Origin: an uncultured bacterium
GTDB lineage: Bacteria > Hydrogenedentota > Hydrogenedentia > Hydrogenedentales > JAEUWI01
Reading direction: 5' to 3'
Assembly (NCBI GenBank): GCA_963977445.1
Contig: CAXBPH010000019.1
Location: 1 to 42,536 of the forward strand
Length of the DNA: 42,536 nt
A model generated the notes under the pieces. The model had not been told where the DNA came from. It worked only from the letters and a program-made list of their open reading frames with translations, and ran no database searches. This document shows, one piece after another, positions 1-8,576 of the stretch. How positions within the stretch are numbered: the stretch's first letter is position 1; every line of letters starts with the position of its first letter. Both the position numbers and the translations under genes were made by a program.

Positions 1-29
1 GCTGAAAACAATACTAAAACCCGGGACAT
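1..29 (-). CDS. Possible 5' end of a CDS running off the left edge (MSRVLVLFS...)
   Basis: ATG at 29 on the minus strand, open to the window edge, with a promoter-like motif upstream. Too short to identify. Confidence 0.3.
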
Positions 30-89
30 AACGGTGGTGAGTACAAAAGACACCCCGTCCCGGAAATGGAAAGTTAAGTCGAGCACACT

Positions 90-119
90 ATAGTACGAAA
101 TTTCGCGCTTTTAAGTCAA
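90..119 (-). promoter_or_regulatory. Sigma70-like promoter pointing left
   Basis: Minus strand TTGACT-N18-TACTAT. Confidence 0.4.
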
Positions 120-124
120 ACTAA

Positions 125-239
125 ATACCGGTGCCGACTCTCCGCCCCGAAAGTACGCCCAACCCGTTACCAATTGCCATGGATACTGCGGGTTAGCGAC
201 GTGCAAGGCAGCAAGGGGAGGGGACCTCACGGCCGGTAT
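125..239. ncRNA. Candidate structured RNA (long imperfect hairpin), family unassigned
   Basis: Nested pairings: ATACCG/CGGTAT, GCCG/CGGC, TCTCC/GGAGG, GCC/GGC, GTACG/CGTGC, AACCCGT/GCGGGTT. Intergenic. Confidence 0.35.
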
Positions 240-489
240 CTTTTTACGTGACCTTATCATAGCATAGCTGAGCGGTTGGGACCTTCGAATTCCGTGCCCC
301 GCCCTGGTAGGAACGGGTAAGGGCAAGGCCTCGTGGGTTTGATTTTGCAACCCCTGTTCGGGATACTCGTCTGGTGCGGCGCGGGTTTGGTGGGCCGATT
401 GCGGGTTTCTACGGCTACAAGTCGGGTGCCCCGATGGGTCTGACCAGGTATTTCCCGCTGTCGAAATACGCTGAACTGCCCGAAAACGA

Positions 490-1518
490 ATGTCCTTAGA
501 TAGCCAACAGGCGGAGACCGAGGCCCCTATGTCCGAGCGCGAACCATTTTACTTTAAGTTGCTTGAGAAGCTCGGCTTCAATATGACCCGGCTGCGATGG
601 AAGTTCTATAAGCTGGAGCAAAAACGCGAACAGTTGAAAAAAGCGCCCGTCGTTCCAGAGCGACTCAAGTGGCTCACCTTCCGGCATAAAATCTGCCAAC
701 ACTGCGGTGCCGTGAATGATCGGAACGACCGGGCGTGCTACAAGTGCGAACGTCGACTCCCCTCGCTCCTGGGGTATCGCATCGCCCGACTTTTCGGGTT
801 TGTGATTCCCTCCGAGGCGCCCCACGCCATCCTGCTTTTCGGGGTGCTGAGCGTGTTTCTGTTCGCCCTCAATTTTATTCTGGAAGGAAAAAGCGCCCTC
901 TTTTCACCCAGTGGCGAGGCCCTCTACATGCTGGGAGCGTGGTCTATCGACGCCAATACCCGGCAGTTCGAGTGGTGGCGCGCCATGACCTTTGGTGTGG
1001 TCCATTCGGGCATCATCCACATCGGCTTCAACGGTTATGCCATGAAAGTGCTGGCCAATGTGACGGAGGCCCATCTCGGTCTCCGGCGGACCCTGGTGCT
1101 GATCACGGCCTCCCAGCTCGGCGCGGCCGTTGCCACGTGGATGTGGTACCTCCAATTGAACCAGGAAAGCGTCTTCACCATGGGCGCCTCCGGTTGGGTT
1201 TCGGGCCTCTTGGGCTATGCCATTGTCTACACCTGGTCCATGGGGCCCGCCGGCAAAACCTATCGGAGCCAACTCATCCAATGGGCGATCTATATCGTTC
1301 TCTTTGGCTTTTTTATGGGGGCCAACAACGCGGGGCACATCGGCGGTGCCCTTGCCGGCGCGGCTGTCGGGGCAATCCATAACCGCCGTTCACGGGAGAC
1401 CGCAGCGGAAGCGGGGGCCTGGGACGCTGCCTTCTGGGTAAGTGCAGCGGTCTGGATCGTTTGCTTGGGGGCGCAGGTGCACTACTTCGTTCAACACATC
1501 GGTGATTTTGGCACGTGA
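490..1518 (+). CDS. Rhomboid-family intramembrane serine protease with N-terminal zinc ribbon (start may be 529)
   Basis: WWR motif, HSGIIHIGFN, catalytic GASG and AGHIGG, several TM helices; CQHC...CYKC at the N-terminus. Confidence 0.85.
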   Translation: MSLDSQQAETEAPMSEREPFYFKLLEKLGFNMTRLRWKFYKLEQKREQLKKAPVVPERLKWLTFRHKICQHCGAVNDRNDRACYKCERRLPSLLGYRIARLFGFVIPSEAPHAILLFGVLSVFLFALNFILEGKSALFSPSGEALYMLGAWSIDANTRQFEWWRAMTFGVVHSGIIHIGFNGYAMKVLANVTEAHLGLRRTLVLITASQLGAAVATWMWYLQLNQESVFTMGASGWVSGLLGYAIVYTWSMGPAGKTYRSQLIQWAIYIVLFGFFMGANNAGHIGGALAGAAVGAIHNRRSRETAAEAGAWDAAFWVSAAVWIVCLGAQVHYFVQHIGDFGT

Positions 1519-1540
1519 CACCATAAAGAAGCGCACCAGC

Positions 1541-1596
1541 CAAACAAATTGAACCCACCAATCGTGTCGCGCGATCCGGTATTCCAGTTGAAGATG
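1541..1596 (+). repeat. Dispersed intergenic repeat family 2, copy 1
   Basis: Closely similar to 20592-20649 (TGAACCCA-CAATCGTG-CGCGCGATCCGGTATT...GAAGATG). Confidence 0.75.
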
Positions 1597-1703
1597 GCCC
1601 TCGCTCAAATCCAGTTCGTCACTTTCGGCAGTGCACGCAAGTACCTGCAAAAGGCCAACGTACCGGCAGCTCAACCACTATCGCCCAAAGCAGCCTTTGA
1701 CAA

Positions 1704-1815
1704 TTGGGAGCGCAGGCGGCCCGCCTGCATCGGACCAAAGGCACGTTGTTTTGCGTCTTCGACGTAATGCAGGCGAGCCGCCCACCAAAGGCGCGTCCGA
1801 GACCTGCGTTCCCAA
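1704..1815. repeat. REP/REPIN-like palindromic element, copy A
   Basis: Terminal inverted repeats TTGGGAGCGCAGG...CCTGCGTTCCCAA and inner GGCGGCCCGCCTGCAT/ATGCAGGCGAGCCGCC; homologous to 8400-8512. Confidence 0.75.
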
Positions 1816-2072
1816 CGCACGAATCCTCCTGCGGCACGTCTATGTTTTGGGGTTTCATCTGCAAAAAAATACGTGGCACCATGTTTTCCAAGAGCGGCAA
1901 CCATGGCCTTCACCAAATCAGATGGGTTGCAACGGATGGGACAGTCCATTCTGACGACCCTGAGGTCCCAATTCGTGCCCCTCCCCGGCAGATGTGTATG
2001 ATGTAGAGGCGGGCGGACGGTGGCGAAAGTCCCGTCCCGATGTCCCGCGAATTCCAACCAGGAAAGGAATCC

Positions 2073-4004
2073 ATGCAGGAAACCAACACACGGCGGACCG
2101 TCGTCCGACACGATGTGACACGGTTGAGCGACGATGATATTCATTGGTTAAATGAGGGCAGCCACTTCCGGTTATACGAAAAACTGGGGGCCCACCCTAT
2201 GACTGCGGCGGACGGTACGACCGGCGTTTATTTCGCGGTTTTCGCGCCGAATGCTGCGTCTGTCTCGGTATTTGGCAGTTTCAACGACTGGAACAAATCC
2301 GACACCCCGCTACGCCTTCGCGCCGATTCGGGCGTTTGGGAGGGCTTCGTGCCCGACGTCGGACCGGGTGCATCCTACAAATTTCACATCCACGGTCAGC
2401 ACGATAACTACACGGCCGACAAAGCCGACCCCTATGGCTTCCGTCACGACGGCGCACCTTCCAACGCGTCGGTAGTCTGGCCATTGGACTACGACTGGAG
2501 CGACCGCACGTGGATGGCCAACCGTCAGGGGCAGGGGGTGCAAGCCGCGCCCGTAGCCATCTACGAGGTCCATTTGGGTTCGTGGATGCGCGGGGAAGAC
2601 GGCGGTTTTCTCAGCTACCGCGAGACAGCGGATCGGCTGGCGGTCTACACCGTTGAGATGGGCTTCACCCACGTGGAAATCATGCCTGTGACGGAGCATC
2701 CCTTCTATGGATCATGGGGCTACCAATCGACGGGGTATTTCGCACCCACCAGCCGCTACGGCACACCCCAGGACTTCATGTACTTCGTGGACTGTATGCA
2801 TCAGCACGATATCGGCGTGATCCTGGACTGGGTGCCCGGCCATTTTCCGACAGACGCCCACGGGCTGGGCTACTTTGACGGGACCCACCTGTATGAGGAT
2901 CCCGATCCCCGGCGGGGTTTCCACCCCGAGTGGAAAAGTTTTGTTTTTGACTATGAACGGCCCGAGGCCCAGAGTCTGCTTTTCAGCAGCGCCTTTTTCT
3001 GGGCAGAAAAATACCACGTGGATGGATTTCGGGTAGATGCTGTCTCGTCCATGCTTTATCTGAATTACAGCCGAGCGGATGGCGAGTGGATTCCCAACAA
3101 GTACGGCGGTCAGGAGAATCTGGAGGCGGTGGCGTTTTTACGGCGATTCAACGCCGAACTGGCGACCCGCTACCCCGACGTCCGTACGTATGCGGAAGAA
3201 GCCACGGCCTGGCCCATGGTTTCCCGTCCGGGTTATCTCGGCGGGTTGGGCTTTGACTACAAGTGGGACATGGGCTGGATGAATGACACCCTGGCCTATT
3301 TTGCGCAGGATCCCATCTACCGAAAATTTCATCACCACAAACTTACCTTTCGCTTGATGTATGCCTTCAGCGAGAACTACGTGTTGCCCCTGTCTCACGA
3401 TGAGGTCGTCCATGGCAAGGGTTCGCTACTTGAGCGGATGCCGGGCGACTACGGGCAGAAATTCGCCAACGTGAAAGTGTTGCTGGGTAACCAATACCTG
3501 CAGCCCGGGAAGAAAATGCTCTTCATGGGCTGCGAACTGGCCCAATGGCGCGAGTGGGACCACGATTCGTCCCTCGACTGGAACCTGCTCGACTATCCCG
3601 TCCATGAGGGCGTCCAGCGTTGGGTGAAGGATCTGAACAGGCTCTATCGCGGAGAGTCCGCCCTGTATGAGCGGGATAGTTTCGGTGACGGCTTCGAATG
3701 GATCGATTGTCTGGACAACGACAACAGCGTCATCAGTTTTCTGCGCAAGGGGGGCGACGGCAACACCCTGATCCTCGCGATTTTCAACCATACGCCCCTG
3801 CTGCGGGAGCACTATCGGGTGGGTGTGCCGCGAAAAGGACACTGGCAGGAGGTGCTCAACAGCGACGCAACATGTTATGGTGGTGGGGGTTTGGGCAACC
3901 TCGGCGGTGTTTGGACCGATTCGGTGGAGAATCATCACCACCCGTGCTCCGTGACGTTGACGCTGCCCCCCTTGAGCTGCCTGGTTCTGAAATCGGTGCC
4001 CTGA
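2073..4004 (+). CDS. glgB: 1,4-alpha-glucan branching enzyme
   Basis: LYEKLGAHP, SWGYQ, DWVPGHF, RVDAVSSM, AEEATAW, LSHDEVVHGK; GGAAAGGA RBS before ATG 2073. Confidence 0.97.
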   Translation: MQETNTRRTVVRHDVTRLSDDDIHWLNEGSHFRLYEKLGAHPMTAADGTTGVYFAVFAPNAASVSVFGSFNDWNKSDTPLRLRADSGVWEGFVPDVGPGASYKFHIHGQHDNYTADKADPYGFRHDGAPSNASVVWPLDYDWSDRTWMANRQGQGVQAAPVAIYEVHLGSWMRGEDGGFLSYRETADRLAVYTVEMGFTHVEIMPVTEHPFYGSWGYQSTGYFAPTSRYGTPQDFMYFVDCMHQHDIGVILDWVPGHFPTDAHGLGYFDGTHLYEDPDPRRGFHPEWKSFVFDYERPEAQSLLFSSAFFWAEKYHVDGFRVDAVSSMLYLNYSRADGEWIPNKYGGQENLEAVAFLRRFNAELATRYPDVRTYAEEATAWPMVSRPGYLGGLGFDYKWDMGWMNDTLAYFAQDPIYRKFHHHKLTFRLMYAFSENYVLPLSHDEVVHGKGSLLERMPGDYGQKFANVKVLLGNQYLQPGKKMLFMGCELAQWREWDHDSSLDWNLLDYPVHEGVQRWVKDLNRLYRGESALYERDSFGDGFEWIDCLDNDNSVISFLRKGGDGNTLILAIFNHTPLLREHYRVGVPRKGHWQEVLNSDATCYGGGGLGNLGGVWTDSVENHHHPCSVTLTLPPLSCLVLKSVP

Positions 4005-4083
4005 TGGGCCGAAGTCTCTTGAAATGATTTAAATTCGACGTCTCGCAGGGACGTCTGCATAAAAATGCCGAGGAGTATACAGT

Positions 4084-6048
4084 ATGGCGGATGGCAAACT
4101 TACCGCGCGCCTATCCATGGAAAAGAAAGTTGCCGCAACCTTGCGGCGTTTGTTGCCCCGTCTTGAGGAGCGTTTTAAGTCCCATGTGGAGCCCGACGAG
4201 TGGCAGGGCTTTGAAGAGCGCCTGCGACGGAATTTTCCGCAGCTTTTTGAAGGCCTCCACTTTCTCTATGGGGATGCCTATGATTTCTTCTATCACGTAG
4301 AGAGCATTCTCGCGTCGGCGACCCACATGTGGATCGACCGACCCGACGAATTGAAAGCCCTCGACGCCCTGCGGGAGTATGACCCCCAATGGTACCAGTC
4401 CAACCGCATGTTGGGCGCCATGTGCTATGTCGACTTATTCTCCAACGATATTCAAGGGCTCATTGATCAGATTCCCTACCTGACCGAACTCGGTATTACC
4501 TATCTCCACCTCATGCCCCTCTTTGAAACCCCCCAGGGCGATAATGATGGTGGTTACGCGGTGAGCAGTTACCGGGGGGTGAATCCCGAACTGGGAACGA
4601 TGGAAGACCTGGAGCGTCTCGCGACCGAGCTACGTCACCGGGGTATATCCCTCGTGCTCGACTTTGTTTTCAACCATACCTCCGACGAGCACGAATGGGC
4701 CAAGAAGGCCTTGGCAGGCGATGAAGACTACCAACAACACTATCTCATGTTCCCCGATCGCGCCATGCCCGACGCCTATGAGGCCAGTATCCGCGCGGTG
4801 TTTCCCGATGAGAAACCGGGTTGCTTCAGTTACCGCACGAGCATTCGAAAATGGGTCTGGACCTCCTTCTACAATTTTCAGTGGGACCTCAATTACGAGA
4901 ATCCAGAGGTCTTTAATGGCATGATGGAATCCATGCTCTTCCTGGCGAACCAGGGCGTAGAAGTGTTGCGCCTTGATGCCGTTGCCTTCACCCGAAAAGA
5001 GCTGGGCACAGGCTGCCAGAATCTGCCCGGTGCCCATGTCATCGTGGGGGCCTTTAACGCGCTGAAAAATATCGCCGCACCCGCCATGGTCTTCAAGTCA
5101 GAAGCAATCGTTCACCCCGATGAAGTGCGCAAATATATCAGTAAGGAAGAGTGCGAACTTTCCTACAATCCCCAGCTTATGTCCCTGCTTTGGGAGGCCC
5201 TGGCGACCCACGACACCCGCGTATTGCGGCGGGCCATGGGACGGGGATTCGCCATCGACCCGAAGGCTTCCTGGGTGAACTATATCCGCTGTCACGACGA
5301 TATCGGGTGGGGTTTTGCGGACGAAGATGTAGAGGCCGTTGGCTTCGAAGCGGTCAAGCACCGCCGCTTTCTGACCGATTTTTACACCGGAAAATTTCCC
5401 GGGTCGTTCGCGTTGGGCGAGCCTTTTCAGGAAGATCCCGTCACGGGAGAGGCCCGTGTTTCTGGTACTTGCGCCTCCCTGGCCGGCCTGGAAAAGGCCA
5501 TCAAAGAGCAGGATGAAGAGGGGACCGAATGGGCAATCCGTCGCATACTTTTATTGCACGGGGTGATTATGACCATCGGTGGAATTCCCCTGATTTATCT
5601 CGGCGACGAGCTGGGCATGCTCAATAACCATACCTACAAAGATTCACCCGACAAGATGGGGGATAGCCGCTGGCTCCACCGCATGCGCTTCGACTGGGAA
5701 GCCTCAGAGCGACGGGGTGATTTTGAAAGTATTGAAGGTCGAATCTATGGCGGCTTCTCCCGACTTGTCCAGTTGCGGCGTCAAAATCTTGCCTTCAGCC
5801 GCTCCGAGACCGAGTTTGTCGAAAGCGGCAATGACCATGTGTTCGCCTACTTCCGCACCCACGAGAGCCTGAGCGTGCTGGTCATGGCAAACTTCAGTGA
5901 ACAGGAGCAATCCATCGAGGCCTGGCGCCTGCGCCAATTGGGATTGCGAAAAACCATGGTGGATCTCGTTTCCGGCAAAATGGTCGTGGCCGCCCGGGAG
6001 TTGGTCCTCCAGCCCTACGACTTCTGCATCTGGGCCCGCCCGACATAA
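4084..6048 (+). CDS. Amylosucrase / sucrose hydrolase (GH13_4)
   Basis: DGGYAVS, DFVFNHTS, QWDLNY, LRLDAVAF, FKSEAIVHP, YIRCHDDIGW, RVSGTCASLAG; GAGGAG RBS. Confidence 0.88.
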   Translation: MADGKLTARLSMEKKVAATLRRLLPRLEERFKSHVEPDEWQGFEERLRRNFPQLFEGLHFLYGDAYDFFYHVESILASATHMWIDRPDELKALDALREYDPQWYQSNRMLGAMCYVDLFSNDIQGLIDQIPYLTELGITYLHLMPLFETPQGDNDGGYAVSSYRGVNPELGTMEDLERLATELRHRGISLVLDFVFNHTSDEHEWAKKALAGDEDYQQHYLMFPDRAMPDAYEASIRAVFPDEKPGCFSYRTSIRKWVWTSFYNFQWDLNYENPEVFNGMMESMLFLANQGVEVLRLDAVAFTRKELGTGCQNLPGAHVIVGAFNALKNIAAPAMVFKSEAIVHPDEVRKYISKEECELSYNPQLMSLLWEALATHDTRVLRRAMGRGFAIDPKASWVNYIRCHDDIGWGFADEDVEAVGFEAVKHRRFLTDFYTGKFPGSFALGEPFQEDPVTGEARVSGTCASLAGLEKAIKEQDEEGTEWAIRRILLLHGVIMTIGGIPLIYLGDELGMLNNHTYKDSPDKMGDSRWLHRMRFDWEASERRGDFESIEGRIYGGFSRLVQLRRQNLAFSRSETEFVESGNDHVFAYFRTHESLSVLVMANFSEQEQSIEAWRLRQLGLRKTMVDLVSGKMVVAARELVLQPYDFCIWARPT

Positions 6049-6104
6049 GTCGGTGTTCTGACGCGTGGTATGATGATTGGCGGCATGAAAAGGGAGTGAG
6101 GACA

Positions 6105-6338
6105 ATGGAAAAACTGGTACCTGCAACATTGATACTTTGTGGAACCTTCCTGATCGCATTACCGAAGATTGAGGGAATAATCGGTATGAATCAGGTTGCC
6201 GCGACCATGGCCGCCCTCCAGCGTGGCGTGGACTTGACGAACAACGCAAGCGGTTCAAGCAACCTGCTGCTTATGGCCATTGGGGCGGCCATGATTCTGG
6301 TAGGCAGCTATGATGGCCTCAGGCGACGGCCTGAATAA
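6105..6338 (+). CDS. Small two-TM hypothetical membrane protein
   Basis: Two hydrophobic segments; GGAG/GAGG before ATG; TGGTATGAT extended -10 at about 6066. Confidence 0.55.
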   Translation: MEKLVPATLILCGTFLIALPKIEGIIGMNQVAATMAALQRGVDLTNNASGSSNLLLMAIGAAMILVGSYDGLRRRPE

Positions 6339-6555
6339 CCGTCCTGTCTGAGTTCGGGGACTGGCTCGCGTCTCCAATGGAGAGCAGCAGCAGCCGCGCG
6401 CCGGTGAACGTGAAGACCTGGATAGAGCGAATTGAACGGATCTTCGCGTGCCTGTCCCCCGCTGCCCACCCGTCCGACGTATAAGCATCCTTGCCATGAC
6501 GACCACATTAGAGTAGATTTATACCTGAGGAAACGAATCTACCACGGAGAGCTGC

Positions 6556-8280
6556 GTGATGAATATTCGACGAATGGGGTGTGTTCTGATGTTGTCCACG
6601 GTGCTGGCTACCGCCCAGGCCCTTGAGCCGGAAGTTGCCCCCGCCGATCTGGCCTTCAAGGATATCCGCTATCTTTCCCGAAGCCTCGAAGACTTTGGAG
6701 AGCAGGAAGCCTACGTCTTTGCCTTCACCCAACTGGCCGCGCCGTGCCACGATGCTCTGACAAAGGCACTCACGAAGCTCCAGAAGGACGTGGATGGTCA
6801 AGCGGTATCGATTGCTCTGGTGAACGCAGGGAGCGATGATTCCATCCTGGAGATAGCCCACGATGGTATTCTGCGGGACCTCTCCTACACCTTGCTGAAA
6901 GATACGGCCGGAGGTTCCGCCTCGCTGGGGGTGCGTACAGCGGGCACCGTTGTCCTCCTCGACAAAGACCGTAAACTTCGCTACCGGGGAAACAGCGGCG
7001 GCCTTCACGATGCCCTGATCGCCGTGTTGGCCGGGAAGACCGTCGAAACGCCGGAGACTGAAGTCATAGGCGAGGGCCTGGCACCTGCGCCCCTGCCCCC
7101 AGCCTCGAAACCCATCACCTATAGCGAACACATCGCACCCATCATGGATCGGCACTGCGTAACCTGCCACCGCCCCAATCAGGGCACCCCCTTCTCCCTG
7201 CGCCGCTACAAGCAGGTCGCAGCGCGGGCAGATATGATTGCCGAAGTTGTGTTGGAAGAGCGCATGCCCCCCTGGTACGGCGTGCGCAGCCACGGTCCCT
7301 TCGCCAATGAGCGCAAGGTGAGTGACGCGGAAAAGATTACTCTCCGACAATGGCTTGCTGCAGGTACGCCCGAGGGGGATCCGGCGTTACGCCCCGAGCC
7401 GCCCGTATTCCCCGATACGGAGTGGGCCATCGGCGAGCCTGATTTGGTGATCACCGCCGCCGAAGAAGAGCAGATTCCTGCCGATGGGTATATTCCCTAT
7501 CGCTACGTCACCTTGCCCTATCAGTTCAGCGCGGATACCTGGGTCCAGGGGCTGGAGATACTCCCGGGAAATACCGATGTCGTGCACCATGCCAACCTTA
7601 TCTATACCCAGGTGGGCGACGGCTACAGCGAAGACTACAACTTTCTTACCGGTCGCGTTCCGGGAGGCGACCCCGTTGATCTGCCCGACAATGTGGGCAT
7701 GCTCATTCCAAAAGACTCCGTGCTCACCCTGCAGATCCACTACGTCACCACCGGAAAGCCCGCGCGGGACCGCATACGTGTCGGCATCCGCTATGCCCGG
7801 AGTACCATCGTAAAACGGACCCATCATCAGCGTATGCGCCCCGAGAGCATCAGTATTCCCCCCGGAGATCCCTTTTTTCCCATCCGTGCCGAAGAGACCA
7901 TCGACTACAACGCCACCGTCCTCGCGCTCTTTACCCACATGCACCTGCGGGGGAGGGACATGACCTTTTTCGCCGACTATCCCGATGGGACCAGTGAAAC
8001 CCTGTTGACGGTGCCCAATTACAGTTTTGACTGGCAATTGGCCTACGTGTATGAGCCCGGTACCAAGCGTTTTCCCAAAGGCACGAAGATACGGACCCAG
8101 TCCCACTACGATAATTCGGCCTTTAATCCCTACAATCCCGACCCGACGGTGGAAGTGAATTATGGGGACCAGACCTACCACGAAATGAATGACGGCTACA
8201 TCTTCTTCCTTGATGAGGAAGAGTCTCTCAATATTCAGGTGGACCCCAAGACCGGGCATGTCCTGGCGGCGGCGAAATAA
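6556..8280 (+). CDS. Secreted redoxin-like / c-type heme / copper type II monooxygenase-like fusion protein
   Basis: Signal peptide; redoxin-like region (VVLLDKDRKLRYRG); CVTCH; RMPPW; VHHA, QIHY, THMH and HEM Cu-ligand pattern. Confidence 0.75.
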   Translation: MMNIRRMGCVLMLSTVLATAQALEPEVAPADLAFKDIRYLSRSLEDFGEQEAYVFAFTQLAAPCHDALTKALTKLQKDVDGQAVSIALVNAGSDDSILEIAHDGILRDLSYTLLKDTAGGSASLGVRTAGTVVLLDKDRKLRYRGNSGGLHDALIAVLAGKTVETPETEVIGEGLAPAPLPPASKPITYSEHIAPIMDRHCVTCHRPNQGTPFSLRRYKQVAARADMIAEVVLEERMPPWYGVRSHGPFANERKVSDAEKITLRQWLAAGTPEGDPALRPEPPVFPDTEWAIGEPDLVITAAEEEQIPADGYIPYRYVTLPYQFSADTWVQGLEILPGNTDVVHHANLIYTQVGDGYSEDYNFLTGRVPGGDPVDLPDNVGMLIPKDSVLTLQIHYVTTGKPARDRIRVGIRYARSTIVKRTHHQRMRPESISIPPGDPFFPIRAEETIDYNATVLALFTHMHLRGRDMTFFADYPDGTSETLLTVPNYSFDWQLAYVYEPGTKRFPKGTKIRTQSHYDNSAFNPYNPDPTVEVNYGDQTYHEMNDGYIFFLDEEESLNIQVDPKTGHVLAAAK

Positions 8281-8399
8281 GCGAAGGTAGACCTTGATGG
8301 CGCGGTGCTCTACTCAGTTGCTTCGGAAAATTTCCGTGAGGGTTCTCTGCCTGTATTGTTGGCGGCGTGGCCACTACCGCCAACAATAGTCTATGACAA

Positions 8400-8512
8400 T
8401 TGGGAGCGCAGGTCTTGGACGCGCCTAAGGTGGGCGGCCCGCCTGCTACGGGCCGAAGGCACGTTGTTTGTAGGTCTTCGACGTAATGCCGGCGAGCCGC
8501 CAGCGCTCCCAA
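8400..8512. repeat. REP/REPIN-like palindromic element, copy B
   Basis: TTGGGAGCGC...GCGCTCCCAA termini; spacer shared with copy A (AAGGCACGTTGTTT...GTCTTCGACGTAATGC). Confidence 0.75.
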
Positions 8513-8576
8513 GCTCCAATTCGGAAAGCTGGTAACCGAATAACCTGGAATAAGTCCGAGATGATTCTTCACGTAC

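Noticed and set aside
125..330. Identification as SRP RNA, 6S RNA, RNase P RNA or a known riboswitch
   Set aside because: Only short chance-level resemblances (AAGGCAGCA, GGGCAAGGCC); the diagnostic cores are missing. Kept only as an unassigned candidate.
2008..2048. GAAA-loop hairpin upstream of glgB as a riboswitch
   Set aside because: A single hairpin with no recognisable aptamer consensus or expression platform.
6049..6555. Small gene 6105-6338 as an integron cassette or toxin-antitoxin unit
   Set aside because: No convincing attC (RYYYAAC...GTTRRRY) pairing, no integron integrase and no partner gene.
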